This document shows, in pieces, positions 1 through 10,306 of a DNA stretch of 64,000 nucleotides. Below the pieces are notes generated by a model. It did not search any database and was not told where the DNA came from. It saw nothing but the letters and a program-made list of their open reading frames with translations. Within the stretch, counting starts at the first letter, position 1, and every line of letters begins with the position of its first letter. The stretch comes from Armatimonadota bacterium. Lineage in GTDB: Bacteria; Armatimonadota; UBA5829; DTJY01. The stretch lies in assembly GCA_963663705.1 (NCBI GenBank), contig OY760504.1:1457319-1521318 (forward strand), read 5' to 3'. Made by a program: the position numbers and the translations under genes.

Positions 1-1
1 T

Positions 2-361
2 GCAAGGGAAGAACTGCGTAATGTTGTCATAGCACAGCTGGAATTTTTCCAGGAGCATGGTGACATAATTACATTGCTGCTCAGCCGGAGCGGCTCCGCA
101 TCACACGACTCAACGACCGAGGCATGGGACGAGAATCGAGCCCGGTTCAGGGCCGCGACCACTTTGCTGTATGAAGAAATCATCCGGCGGGGGCAGGCTC
201 AGGGATGCTACAGAGATGTCGACTGCCACCTGGCCGCTCATGCACTATACGGGATCATTACAGGATTGATATACGAAGCGATTGAGTCGGGTCGCCCATT
301 CACGGATATCGAGGAAATCGCTGTCGACATATTTGAGAGAGGGGTGAATCGAAATGCGTAA
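2..361 (+). CDS. TetR/AcrR-family regulator, C-terminal part (5' truncated by window)
   Basis: Frame open from base 2 (AREELRNVVIAQLEFFQEH...EEIIRRGQAQGCYRDVD), typical TetR C-terminal pattern; directly upstream of efflux genes. Confidence 0.75.
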   Translation, partial: AREELRNVVIAQLEFFQEHGDIITLLLSRSGSASHDSTTEAWDENRARFRAATTLLYEEIIRRGQAQGCYRDVDCHLAAHALYGIITGLIYEAIESGRPFTDIEEIAVDIFERGVNRNA

Positions 362-1760
362 ATCATCCATCATACTGTGCATGCTGCTTGCGATAAGCAC
401 TGCAGCTGTGGCGGAAAACGCAAATCCGGTAATTATAGATCTGCCCACGGTGGCTAAACTTGCAATAGATCGAAATCTCGACATCAAAGCATCGAGGCAG
501 GATGTTAAAACTGCCCAGGACGTTGTGCAACAGGCGCAGGGATACACTCGGGGCAAAGTCGGAATCGGCGCGGAGTATCTCCATCTCAACGCTCCAATCA
601 CCATCAGCAGCCCTGATGTGGAGTTCCCGCCAAGCCTTGGGGCGATGCTCGCAGGAATCGGATCGAAGCTTGGAATCGAGCTGCCATCAACTCTTCCATC
701 TATCGCCATCCCGCCCACACAGGCAGCACCTCAGGACTTACTGCACCTGACGGTCGAGGGTGGATATCCGCTATACACCGGGGGCAAAATCGGTTATGCA
801 ATCGAGCAGGCCAAATCCGGGCTTTCAGCGCGGGAAGAACTGGCGGCAGATACTGAATCGAGCGCCGTATTCGACGCAACACAGTACTACCTGGCTAACC
901 TGTTGACACAGGAAGTCGTGAATGTGAATACTCAAGCGCTGGCCTCTTATAAAGAACACCTGGCGCACGCACAAAAGCTGTACGACTCAGGGGTTGTGGC
1001 TAAATACGATCTCATCCGCGCACAGGCCGCTGTGAAGGATCAGGAAAAAAAGCTGATCGAGGCCCAGAACAGGCACGATCTTGCCGTAGCGGTTCTGCGG
1101 ATGGTGCTCTCCATCGACGATAACACGCCAATTGAGCTGAGAGGGAATCTATTTGATGCAAATGAACCGCTGACGCTCCAGCAGGCGCAGGCGGCGGCGA
1201 TCACGAAAAGCAGCATTCTAAAAGCCCTGGATAGCAAGCTCAATGCACTCAAGATGGCGGAGAATATCGAAGCAGCCGATGGTAAACCTCAGGTGACGGC
1301 AGTCGCCAAAGCCGAACTGCTCACCGGTGCCATTGCCCAAACAGACCCCAAGTGGCTGATTGGCGTAGAGGCCAAGATGAACGTTTTCGATGGCGGAATC
1401 CGAAACGCACGAATCGCCGAGAAGAAGTCCGAGCAGAATAAGGCGCTGATCGAAAGACAGAGCGCCGAGGACAAGATCAAACTGGCCATTCGCAGCGCCT
1501 ACCTCGATCTGGATTCGGCGAAGAGCGCGCTGGAATCGGCAAAGAAATCGGATGAACTTTTCAGGGAGAGCCTTCGACTAGCGACCAAGCGTCTTGATGT
1601 CGGCACCGGCACTAGCCTTGAAGTACTGGATGCGAATGTGGCGCTATCGGCAGCGCAGGTCAGCGAGTACCAATCACTGTACCAGATTGACCTTGCTTAC
1701 ATGAAGCTACATCGTTATCTGAATGACATATCCAAAGTGGTTATGGAGGCACAACAATGA
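354..1760 (+). CDS. TolC-family outer membrane efflux protein
   Basis: Signal peptide, two OEP repeats (PLYTGG / NVFDGG, GVVAKYDLIRAQ / GTGTSLEVLDAN). Confidence 0.9.
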   Translation: MRKSSIILCMLLAISTAAVAENANPVIIDLPTVAKLAIDRNLDIKASRQDVKTAQDVVQQAQGYTRGKVGIGAEYLHLNAPITISSPDVEFPPSLGAMLAGIGSKLGIELPSTLPSIAIPPTQAAPQDLLHLTVEGGYPLYTGGKIGYAIEQAKSGLSAREELAADTESSAVFDATQYYLANLLTQEVVNVNTQALASYKEHLAHAQKLYDSGVVAKYDLIRAQAAVKDQEKKLIEAQNRHDLAVAVLRMVLSIDDNTPIELRGNLFDANEPLTLQQAQAAAITKSSILKALDSKLNALKMAENIEAADGKPQVTAVAKAELLTGAIAQTDPKWLIGVEAKMNVFDGGIRNARIAEKKSEQNKALIERQSAEDKIKLAIRSAYLDLDSAKSALESAKKSDELFRESLRLATKRLDVGTGTSLEVLDANVALSAAQVSEYQSLYQIDLAYMKLHRYLNDISKVVMEAQQ

Positions 1761-2959
1761 GCAGGAAAAAACTTGGAGTTGCCGGAGCAATCGCTCTGAT
1801 AGTAGTCATAGTGGCTGTTTGCGGATTTACAGGACGGCGGAATTCCGCATGCAAACAATCCACCGGCGGCACAACCTACACTGTGCTTGAGGGCACACTC
1901 GAATCTGACGAGGTAGACGTCTCATCCAAAATCCCCGGCAGAATCGGGACAATGATGGTTGAAGAAGGCGATCAGGTAAAGGCCGGGCAGGTGCTCGCGG
2001 TGCTGGAATCAAAAGAGGTCGACGCCAAGGTTTCGCAGGCAGCGGGGATGTATCTTGCATCAAAAGCCCAGCAGTCGCAGGCATCGATTGGCATGAACCT
2101 TCAGGCGCGAACAGTCGAAGATCAGATTCGGCAGGCGGAGGCCGGGTACAAGGCCGCCAAAGCCAAGCTCGATATGGCGATGAGTGGTGCGAGGCCGCAG
2201 GAAATCGAACAGGCAAAAGCGTCTGCTGAGCAGGCGCAGGCAGCTTATACAACTGCGAAAACTGCATACAACCGGTTTAACGGTCTATATCAGGACGGCG
2301 TGATTCCGAAGCAGCAGGAAGAAGAGATCGAGCTCAAGTATCTCTCCGCGAAGGCGCAGAAAAAAGCAGCCGACGCCAAGCTAAATCTTGTCATGGAAGG
2401 CGCCCGCAAGGAAGAGATCGAGGCTGCACGGCAGGGCGTGCGAGCGGCTGAGGCTCAGCTAAGCATGGCAAAGGATTCCGCACTTCAGGTAGGGCTGCGG
2501 GCGCAGGATATAGTTGCCGCCACATACAAGTCATCTGCCGCCAAAGGCCAGTTGGACGAGGCGGAGGCATACAAATCGGAGACTACCCTCATCGCCCCAA
2601 TATCAGGCTACGTTTCGGCGAAGATGTCGGATTCGGGGGAGATTGTGTCGGCTGGCTACCCTATCCTGACTATTGTAAAAAGCAAGGATTTCAAAGTCAA
2701 AGTCTATGCCGATGAAACGAAATTCGGCAAATTGAAACTGAATGACACCGTTCAAGTGATTATACCTGCACTCGGCGATAAGACATTCGATGGCCGAATA
2801 CTTCGCATATCGGATGCCGCTGATTTTGCCACACACAAGGCGACCAACGAAGCAGGCTCGTTCGATGTGCGATCGCTCGAACTCGTAGTGAAGGTAGTCG
2901 GGGATCACGCCGACCTTCGGACCGGAATGACCGCAAGGGTCAGACTGGCATCGAAATAA
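1757..2959 (+). CDS. HlyD-family periplasmic adaptor
   Basis: N-terminal TM, lipoyl-like VSSKIPGRI..VEEGDQVKAGQVL, coiled coil, APISG motif. Confidence 0.92.
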   Translation: MSRKKLGVAGAIALIVVIVAVCGFTGRRNSACKQSTGGTTYTVLEGTLESDEVDVSSKIPGRIGTMMVEEGDQVKAGQVLAVLESKEVDAKVSQAAGMYLASKAQQSQASIGMNLQARTVEDQIRQAEAGYKAAKAKLDMAMSGARPQEIEQAKASAEQAQAAYTTAKTAYNRFNGLYQDGVIPKQQEEEIELKYLSAKAQKKAADAKLNLVMEGARKEEIEAARQGVRAAEAQLSMAKDSALQVGLRAQDIVAATYKSSAAKGQLDEAEAYKSETTLIAPISGYVSAKMSDSGEIVSAGYPILTIVKSKDFKVKVYADETKFGKLKLNDTVQVIIPALGDKTFDGRILRISDAADFATHKATNEAGSFDVRSLELVVKVVGDHADLRTGMTARVRLASK

Positions 2960-3020
2960 TACCATCGCAAAGCCCTCTCCCATTCGCGGGCGAGGGAGGA
3001 GTTGAGAAGGCGGATCGGAT

Positions 3021-4175
3021 ATGAAAACACTACTTAAGCTCATACTGCGCGAATACAAGACGATTTTCACTGACAGGCGCATCTATATGGTGGCAGTGAT
3101 CAGCCCCCTGATATACTCAATCCTGCTTGGCAGCGTGTATATGCAAAATAAGGTCTACGACGTGCCGATGATGGTTATAGACCACGATAACTCGCAGATC
3201 TCCCGAAGCATGACTCAGGCACTGGATAGCAATGAGGCCTTCAAGCTGGCGGGATATCTGAACTCGCCGGAGGAGTTCACGGATGCTGTACGGGCAGGCA
3301 AGGCTTACGCATGCGTCTACTTCCCTGAGAACTTCGAGCGGGACATAAAACGAGGAAAACAGGCACGCGTTGCCGTCATGCTCGATGTCACAAACATACT
3401 AATCGGCAATGTGACATACAAGGCTGCCGCGACAGTAATCGGCACATACTCATCAGGCGTGCAGGTACAGAAGCTGATGATGAGAGGCACCCCCACAAGC
3501 GCCGTCCGCCCGTCGATAATTCCGATCAATGCCGAATACAGGGCCTGGTTTAATCCAACATGGAACTATCTGAACTTCCTGCTGCTCGGCCTTATGGGGA
3601 CAATCATCCAGCAGGTCACTCTACTGACAGTCGCGCTCGGACTATCCAAGGAATGGGAGAAAAAGACTGCGACGAGCCTGCTTGGGCTCACTCACCGCCC
3701 GATAGTGGCTCTCACCGGCAAATTCCTCGCATACATGGTGCTGATGCTGCCGGTTGCACTGATCTGCCTTTCGGTCACATTCTACCATTTTGGAGCACCG
3801 AATACGGGTGGGGTCGGACTCGTTGTAGGAGTTACGTCGCTGTTCGTGGCGCTGCTGTGCCTCGCAGGGGTGGCGGTGTCAGGGCTTACGCGGGATTCGC
3901 TGTACTCGACGCAGCTCCTCATGATGGTTGCCGTGCCGTCGTTCATTCTGTCGGGGTACACATGGCCGGCCTTCGCCATGCCGACCGCACTTCAGTACAT
4001 CTCCTTCGCGCTGCCACTGACGCACTTTTTGACGATCATGCGCCGGGTGACGCTCATGGGGGCGCCAATTCGATACCTGACCATGCCGCTGCTCACTCTT
4101 GGGGTATGGCTGATCGTAGCCGCAGTGGGAGCATACCTCGCGACGTGGAAGCTCATGAAACAGGCTCAGCAGTAG
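3021..4175 (+). CDS. ABC-2 type permease (YbhR/YhhJ-like)
   Basis: VIDHDNSQISR, FNPTWNYLNF, LSGYTWP, PLTHFL motifs; multiple TM segments. Confidence 0.88.
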   Translation: MKTLLKLILREYKTIFTDRRIYMVAVISPLIYSILLGSVYMQNKVYDVPMMVIDHDNSQISRSMTQALDSNEAFKLAGYLNSPEEFTDAVRAGKAYACVYFPENFERDIKRGKQARVAVMLDVTNILIGNVTYKAAATVIGTYSSGVQVQKLMMRGTPTSAVRPSIIPINAEYRAWFNPTWNYLNFLLLGLMGTIIQQVTLLTVALGLSKEWEKKTATSLLGLTHRPIVALTGKFLAYMVLMLPVALICLSVTFYHFGAPNTGGVGLVVGVTSLFVALLCLAGVAVSGLTRDSLYSTQLLMMVAVPSFILSGYTWPAFAMPTALQYISFALPLTHFLTIMRRVTLMGAPIRYLTMPLLTLGVWLIVAAVGAYLATWKLMKQAQQ

Positions 4176-4189
4176 AAGCTGCGTTTCCT

Positions 4190-4500
4190 TTTCCCTCTCC
4201 CTTTGGGAGAGGCCAGGTGAGGGCTTTACAGATCAAATCCATATAGTCCTATAAGAAAAATTTATGAACCATCCCTCGATATGCCCTGCGGGCTACTCGG
4301 GACAAGCGGCATCCCCCCTCGCCCGAAATCAGGAGAGGGTTGGGGTGAGGGCCGAATCAGTCCAATCTGAAGTCATCGAGAAGAAAGCTCATAGTGCCTC
4401 CTTAATGCAGTCTGTCCGTCTGCCCCTTCGACTGTGCTCAGAATGACATTGTTTGGCATCGAAGGCAAGTGCGACGTCGCGCTCTGGAGAGCCCTCCTAT
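4190..4500. repeat. Mosaic palindrome cluster (families B 4272-4310, A 4313-4351, C 4425-4448, G 4477-4500)
   Basis: 4272-4360 is a near-identical reverse complement of 20876-20962; units recur elsewhere in window. Confidence 0.85.
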
Positions 4501-4578
4501 AGCGCTGTGATTTGAAAAGTAACAAATATTCGATTAATATAAAATAGAGCTGGTTCCAATTTGCATGAGGGGGTACAG

Positions 4579-5679
4579 ATGAGCAAGGTAAGTATAGCAA
4601 GGACAGATCAGGGCATCAAAGGTGGAGTCGAGAAGGCTATTGGACTGCTCGGTGGTATAGGTCAGTTTGTCGCAAGGGGCGAGAGTGTCATGCTGAAGCC
4701 GAACCTCAACGGTGCGGACGTATACACCAACAGAGATTTGGTTGCTGCCCTGATCGAGATGCTCCGAGACCACGGCGCTGGCAGAGTTTTCATAGCCGAA
4801 TCTACCTTCGGAAACGCTCAGACCACGAATATGTACTTCCAAAAAACCGGCTACACGGAGTTGGCGCAGCGATGCGGCGTAGAATTGATCAACCTGAACG
4901 AATCGCAGGTCGTGGAGGTACCGGTAAGCAACCCTCAGGTACACGAGAAGATCAGAGTAGCAAAAGAGGTTTACGAGGCCGATAAGATCATAAATATTCC
5001 CAGCATGAAAGTTCACTATGCGACTGGAATATCCCTTGCACTGAAGAACATTAAAGGCCTGCTCGTTGGTGGTGAGAAGAGGCACTTTCATGAAGCCGGC
5101 CTGGATAAGTCGATTATCGATTTGAACAGCGTTGTAAAGACCCATCTGAACATCATTGACTGCACCTCATGCATGGAGAGGATGGGCCCGCACGGTGGGG
5201 ATGTGGTGAACCTGGATATGCTCATCGCTGGCGAAAACCCTGCCGCCGTCGATTATGTTGGCAGCCAGGTGATGGGCTACGATCTGAGCGAAGTGAACCA
5301 CCTGCGCCAGTATGCAGAGATGCACAATATAGACCTGAACGATATCGAGGTTGTCGGCGAGAAAATCGATGATGTGAAGTACCCTTTCAAGAAGGTTTCC
5401 ATGGAGCGCATAATACCTGAAGCGATCAAGGTTCATGATAGAAATGCCTGCTGTGTCTGCATGAACGCGTTACTGATATCCTGCTCGCTCCTTCAGGGGC
5501 GACTTACACGTGATGTGGATATTCATCTTGGTTCGCTTGCAGATGAGGTTGTTTCTGGAGATACGAGCGTAGCATTCGGAAACTGCTGTGTTCGGCGCAT
5601 GGATGCCGGCAAGTCTATCAAGGGTTGCCCACCGTATCCTTTTGCTCTCGGAGAGGTTTTGAAGGATATTCTGATTTAG
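4579..5679 (+). CDS. DUF362 domain Fe-S protein
   Basis: VMLKPN, AES, ADKIINIPSMKVH, LALKNIKG motifs; C-terminal CxxC..GNC..GCPP; ATG 4579 after GAGGGGG. Confidence 0.88.
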   Translation: MSKVSIARTDQGIKGGVEKAIGLLGGIGQFVARGESVMLKPNLNGADVYTNRDLVAALIEMLRDHGAGRVFIAESTFGNAQTTNMYFQKTGYTELAQRCGVELINLNESQVVEVPVSNPQVHEKIRVAKEVYEADKIINIPSMKVHYATGISLALKNIKGLLVGGEKRHFHEAGLDKSIIDLNSVVKTHLNIIDCTSCMERMGPHGGDVVNLDMLIAGENPAAVDYVGSQVMGYDLSEVNHLRQYAEMHNIDLNDIEVVGEKIDDVKYPFKKVSMERIIPEAIKVHDRNACCVCMNALLISCSLLQGRLTRDVDIHLGSLADEVVSGDTSVAFGNCCVRRMDAGKSIKGCPPYPFALGEVLKDILI

Positions 5680-5757
5680 GATTGTCCGCCGTCATGGAAA
5701 ACGTGCTGTTGTGCCTGAATTTAAGCATCGGCAGTGTTGCTACCGATGCATCGAAAA

Positions 5758-5898
5758 ACATCGCGCTCTGGAGAGCCCTCCTGCTATGGTGGGATTCTTC
5801 GCTTTGCTCAGAATGACATTGCGCCCGATTTGGCATTAGCTCGCTTTAGCGTGCTTCGATTATGCCAGACTCGTCATTTATGGCGAGGCCTCCAAACA
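5758..5898 (+). repeat. ~140-bp composite repeat, left copy (G+C+D units)
   Basis: Direct repeat of 7083-7220 (5 substitutions, one 3-nt indel). Confidence 0.95.
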
Positions 5899-6117
5899 GA
5901 CCCCTCCCTCAGCCTTCGAACAAGTCTATCGCTATTTGACATAGCCTCTCTCCCGCAAGCGCGCGAGGGAGTATCGCTTGTCCGTATTGTCAGCCTTGTT
6001 TTGTCAACATTGCGGTTGGCACTAACCTATGCGCAAATTCTTTGCTTTCCCAATATATCTATAGCCGCTAATAGTGTATAATAGCTAATGGTTGTATGAA
6101 AGAAGGAGAATTCATAA

Positions 6118-7011
6118 ATGCGAAAATTAATCATATTGTTGTGCATCAGTGCTGCAATTATTGGGTTGGCGATAAATTTATATTCTAAGAGAATCCTTGT
6201 TTACGAAAATATAGAAAGTCTTAGTTACTGGGCAGATGGTGATTATGGTTATAATGAATCGCTGCCTCAGTGGTCTAGCGATGGAACCTCTATCTTCTGT
6301 CACACAGAGTCTGGGCGCATTTTACGGTATGATATTGCAGACAGAACACTAAATAAACTTAAAAGACCAGCCGTATCGTCTTGGTGGAACCCCTCCCCAG
6401 ATAAAAAGAAAATCGTAATGCTTGAAGGCACCAGAGTTTTACAGATCGCCGATTTGAAAACAGGCGCTAAGACAAAACTCTATAAAGCAAGCGATGACAT
6501 AAGTTACGTATCGTGGCTCGCACAAGGAAGCATCCTGTTCGTGCAGGGCAAGAATGTCTTTGCAATAGAATCAGATGGAGCAAGACTGAGAAAAGTTAAA
6601 AGTGGTGTTGGTGATATTGAATTATTCAGTTTTGATGGCAATAGTTTCATATATATGCAGCAACAGGAGGAATATAATAATCGAAAATATTATCTGTATG
6701 ATATGGAGAAGAAAACTGACAGGCTTCTGAATATTCCCTTACAGCATGAGACTTGGGTTGAATTCGTTTACCTATCAAGGTATAAAGCCATATATTATTT
6801 TCATAACAAAAAATTTACAGCCCTTGAGTTGGCGACAATGAAATCGAAAGAATTTAATATGCCAACACCGGGAGACGGATGTGCATGCGGATGGGGTCCT
6901 TTACGGATATCTCCAGATTTAACCAAATACTGGTTCGAAACTCCACATGATGGATTGACAATTGCCTCTATTCCAGGAAAAACAAGTCGCTTATTGAAAC
7001 TGTTCCACTAG
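6118..7011 (+). CDS. AT-rich membrane-anchored/secreted TolB-like beta-propeller protein
   Basis: N-terminal TM; PQWSSDG, PSPDKKKI, ISPDL repeats; AAGGAG RBS; visibly AT-richer than neighbours. Confidence 0.7.
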   Translation: MRKLIILLCISAAIIGLAINLYSKRILVYENIESLSYWADGDYGYNESLPQWSSDGTSIFCHTESGRILRYDIADRTLNKLKRPAVSSWWNPSPDKKKIVMLEGTRVLQIADLKTGAKTKLYKASDDISYVSWLAQGSILFVQGKNVFAIESDGARLRKVKSGVGDIELFSFDGNSFIYMQQQEEYNNRKYYLYDMEKKTDRLLNIPLQHETWVEFVYLSRYKAIYYFHNKKFTALELATMKSKEFNMPTPGDGCACGWGPLRISPDLTKYWFETPHDGLTIASIPGKTSRLLKLFH

Positions 7012-7082
7012 AAACCGCGCAATTATACCCATATAACAGCTGAGTTACGCAGAGTCTGGCATCTTTTTCAGGGCATTTATTT

Positions 7083-7220
7083 ACATCGCGCTCTGGAGAG
7101 CCCTCCTACTATGGTGAGATTCGCTTTGCTCAGAATGACATTGCGCCCGATTTGGGATTAGCTCGCTTTAGCGTGCTTCGATTATGCCGGACTCGTCATT
7201 TATGGCGAGGCGTCCAAACA
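7083..7220 (+). repeat. ~140-bp composite repeat, right copy
   Basis: Direct repeat of 5758-5898. Confidence 0.95.
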
Positions 7221-7233
7221 AGCCCATGAATAT

Positions 7234-7262
7234 TTGACACAGCCACCTCATTATGGTACGAT
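7234..7262 (+). promoter_or_regulatory. sigma70 promoter of tyrS
   Basis: TTGACA-17-TACGAT with extended TG. Confidence 0.7.
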
Positions 7263-7311
7263 TTCCCCAGGTATTACAAGATTTTATCAATACGTTCTGA
7301 AGGTGTCACAA

Positions 7312-8544
7312 TTGGTTTCTCAGACTATAATAGACGAACAAATGGAGCTGCTCAGACGCGGTACTATCGAGATCGTCCCGGAGGATGAGCTGTGCTCCAA
7401 GCTCAAAAAATCGCGCGAGGCGGGTGTGCCCCTCAAGCTCAAACTCGGGCTCGACCCCACTGCGCCGGATATTCACCTGGGACACGCTGTCGTTCTCAGG
7501 AAACTGAGGCAGTTCCAGGACCTCGGGCATGAAGTCATCATCATCATCGGCGACTTCACCGCGAGCATCGGCGACCCCAGCGGTCGGTCGATCACTCGGC
7601 CTGTGCTCTCGTCGGACGATATCGCATCGAACGCGAAGACTTACGAAGAGCAGTACTGCAGAATTCTCGACAAAGAGAAAACGCGCGTCGTGTTCAACAG
7701 CGAGTGGCTCGGCAAGCTTGATTTCGCCGGAGTAATTCGGCTGGCGGCCAAGATCACCGTCGCGAGAGTACTGGAGCGCGATGATTTCGCGAACAGATTG
7801 TCTGACGGTCGCCCAATCGGCATGCACGAGTTACTGTATCCCGTGTGCCAGGCGTACGACTCCGTAGCGCTCAAGTCAGACGTCGAACTCGGCGGCATGG
7901 ATCAGAAGTTCAACATCCTTATGGGCCGCGATCTCCAGCGGGAGTTCGGACAGGAACCGCAGGTCGCGATGTTCATGCCGATTCTGGTCGGTCTGGACGG
8001 TCTGCACAAGATGAGTAAATCGCTCGGCAATTACGTCGGCATAACCGAACCTGCAAACGAGATGTTCGGCAAGCTGATGTCGATACCGGACAGCGTGATG
8101 CCGCAGTACTACGAGCTGTGCAGCGACGTCCCGATGGACGAGGTCCGCGAGATATCGGCCGGCATACTGAGCGGCAAGATACATCCGATGGACGCGAAAA
8201 AGCGCCTTGCACGTGAGATCGTTTCGATCTATCACAGCGCAGAGGCAGCGACCGCCGCCCAATCAGAGTTCGAGCGGGTCTTCAGCGAGCGCGAAATTCC
8301 AACAGATATAGAATCCATCCCTGTGCCGGAATCGGCATTCAAGGACGGCAAGGTCTGGATAGTCAAGCTACTGAGCCTCGCCGGTTTTGCAGGCTCCAAC
8401 AGTGAGGCAAGGCGGCTTGTTGAACAGGGCGCAGTCTCGATCAACGGCGAAAAGATCACCAACGCCAGTGCTGAGCTGGTTCTTGAAAACGGCCAGATAC
8501 TGCGAGTAGGCAAACTAAGGTTCGGCAAGATAGAATTGGCATAA
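7312..8544 (+). CDS. tyrS: Tyrosine--tRNA ligase
   Basis: GLDPTAPDIHLGH (HIGH), KMSKS, C-terminal S4 domain; probable TTG start 7312. Confidence 0.97.
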   Translation: MVSQTIIDEQMELLRRGTIEIVPEDELCSKLKKSREAGVPLKLKLGLDPTAPDIHLGHAVVLRKLRQFQDLGHEVIIIIGDFTASIGDPSGRSITRPVLSSDDIASNAKTYEEQYCRILDKEKTRVVFNSEWLGKLDFAGVIRLAAKITVARVLERDDFANRLSDGRPIGMHELLYPVCQAYDSVALKSDVELGGMDQKFNILMGRDLQREFGQEPQVAMFMPILVGLDGLHKMSKSLGNYVGITEPANEMFGKLMSIPDSVMPQYYELCSDVPMDEVREISAGILSGKIHPMDAKKRLAREIVSIYHSAEAATAAQSEFERVFSEREIPTDIESIPVPESAFKDGKVWIVKLLSLAGFAGSNSEARRLVEQGAVSINGEKITNASAELVLENGQILRVGKLRFGKIELA

Positions 8545-8559
8545 ATAGGCCGCGGACAG

Positions 8560-8589
8560 TTGACATACGCTGCCCGAGCTTAATATAAT
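8560..8589 (+). promoter_or_regulatory. sigma70 promoter of nuoH operon
   Basis: TTGACA-18-TATAAT. Confidence 0.75.
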
Positions 8590-8640
8590 TAGTAGGATAG
8601 CCTCGTCCCCCCATAGGGAGCGGGGCTTCTTTGTAAAAGT

Positions 8641-8658
8641 TTGTGAAAACTTTCACTG
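8641..8658. promoter_or_regulatory. Candidate Rex operator
   Basis: TTGTGAA-AACT-TTCACTG vs Rex consensus TTGTGAA-N4-TTCACAA, in nuo leader. Confidence 0.6.
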
Positions 8659-8744
8659 CATACCAACCCTCGCCCGCAAACGGCGAGAAGGATTTATAAC
8701 ACCAGCGGAGTTTAAGTTTCATTTCCGCTGGAGGGCGCTTTACT

Positions 8745-9800
8745 ATGAGTTTAACGATAACAAGTATTATTCAGCAGGTTTTCAAGTGGCTGCACATTCC
8801 GCAGGTTCTGGTGGATCCGGCCGTGATGCTTGTTGGCGCTGTCATCATCCTGTTCTTCATCCTGTTCGTGGTGCTCTACCTGATATACGGGCTGAGAAAG
8901 ATCATGGGTTGGATTCAGGCGCGCATCGGGCCGAACCGGGTTGGGCCGTACGGGCTTGCGCAGACGATCGCAGACGCGCTTAAACTCCTGCTGAAGGAAG
9001 ACATAATCCCCACCAAGGCCGATAAATGGCCGTTCACCGCCGCGCCGATCATAGTATTTGTGCCGGCATACATGGTCTATCTGGTAATACCGTTCGGCAA
9101 GGGAAACGGCTGGATTGCGCAGGATCTGAACATCGGAGTCCTGTACATCATGGCGATGCTCTCCATCCCGATCATCGGTATCATCACAGCCGGGTGGTCA
9201 TCGAACAACAAGTGGTCGCTGCTTGGAGCATTCAGGGCGGCGGCGCAGATCGTGAGCTACGAGATACCGCTCGTCCTGGCGATGATCCCGTCAGTCATGC
9301 TGGCTGGAACTCTCAGCATGCAGGGAATTGTAAAGGCACAGAGCGGAACCTGGCACGGAGTCCTGCCCGAATGGTTCATATGGAGCCAGATTATCGGGTT
9401 CGTGATCTATATGACTGCGGCGCTCGCAGAGAGTAACCTGACACCGTTCGATATCATGGAAGCGGAGTCCGAGCTTGTCGCCGGTTTCAACACCGAGTAC
9501 AGCGGCATGAAGTTCGCGTTCTTCTTCCTTGCAGAGTTTGCAGGGATGTTCACGGTCTCCGCGATCGCGACGACGCTCTTTTTGGGCGGCTGGCTCCCGA
9601 TTCACCCATCGCTGTCGTTCATACCGCCGGTGCTGTGGTTCCTCGGGAAGACGGGCGTGCTCATCTTCGTCCTGATGTGGATTCGGTCGACCCTCCCCCG
9701 CGTGAGAGTCGACCAGCTGATGAGCTTCGGCTGGAAGTTTCTGATACCGCTCGCACTGCTGAACATCTTGTGGACCGGCCTTGTAGTGCTGATGTCATAG
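8745..9800 (+). CDS. nuoH: NADH-quinone oxidoreductase subunit H
   Basis: QARIGPNRVG, EAESELVAGFNTEYSG, TLPRVRVDQL. Confidence 0.97.
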   Translation: MSLTITSIIQQVFKWLHIPQVLVDPAVMLVGAVIILFFILFVVLYLIYGLRKIMGWIQARIGPNRVGPYGLAQTIADALKLLLKEDIIPTKADKWPFTAAPIIVFVPAYMVYLVIPFGKGNGWIAQDLNIGVLYIMAMLSIPIIGIITAGWSSNNKWSLLGAFRAAAQIVSYEIPLVLAMIPSVMLAGTLSMQGIVKAQSGTWHGVLPEWFIWSQIIGFVIYMTAALAESNLTPFDIMEAESELVAGFNTEYSGMKFAFFFLAEFAGMFTVSAIATTLFLGGWLPIHPSLSFIPPVLWFLGKTGVLIFVLMWIRSTLPRVRVDQLMSFGWKFLIPLALLNILWTGLVVLMS

Positions 9801-9808
9801 AGAAGGTT

Positions 9809-10306
9809 ATGTCGAATAACATAAAAACCATAACTTCATATATAAGCGAAGCCGTATATACTGTGACCAGCATTGTCAAGGGCCACGTCATAACGCTTCG
9901 AAACCTGTTCAGGAAGAAAGTCACCCTACAGTATCCTGAGGTCCGGTGGGATCTTCCAGACGGTTACAGAGGGCTTCCATGCCTGCCCGTCGATTTGGAA
10001 ACGGGCCAGGACCGCTGTATCGGCTGCGGTGCGTGCGCTCGAGCCTGCCCGACTCAGGTGATCACCGTTTCGGCCCATATGGGTGAAGACAAGAAGCGCG
10101 TAGTTGATTCGTTCGTGCTGAACGCAGGGGGATGTATGTTCTGCGGACTATGCGCCGAGGCGTGTCCCGTAAAAGCTCTTCAACTGAGCAAGGAGTACGA
10201 ACTCGCGACCTTTACCAGAGAAGGGGCGATTTACGACAGAGCGCGGCTGAACGAAGTCGGGCAAACGATTGAACCGAAACCGGCACAGGAAAAGGAGGTC
10301 GCGTAG
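9809..10306 (+). CDS. nuoI: NADH-quinone oxidoreductase subunit I
   Basis: VTLQYPE, two CxxCxxCxxxCP clusters; ATG 9809. Confidence 0.95.
   Translation: MSNNIKTITSYISEAVYTVTSIVKGHVITLRNLFRKKVTLQYPEVRWDLPDGYRGLPCLPVDLETGQDRCIGCGACARACPTQVITVSAHMGEDKKRVVDSFVLNAGGCMFCGLCAEACPVKALQLSKEYELATFTREGAIYDRARLNEVGQTIEPKPAQEKEVA

Noticed and set aside
7012-7082. Integron attC sites (ATATAAC..GTTACGC at 7031-7050; GTTRRRY in the 53-bp duplication)
   Set aside because: Spacing far too short for an attC fold, no L boxes, and no intI in the window
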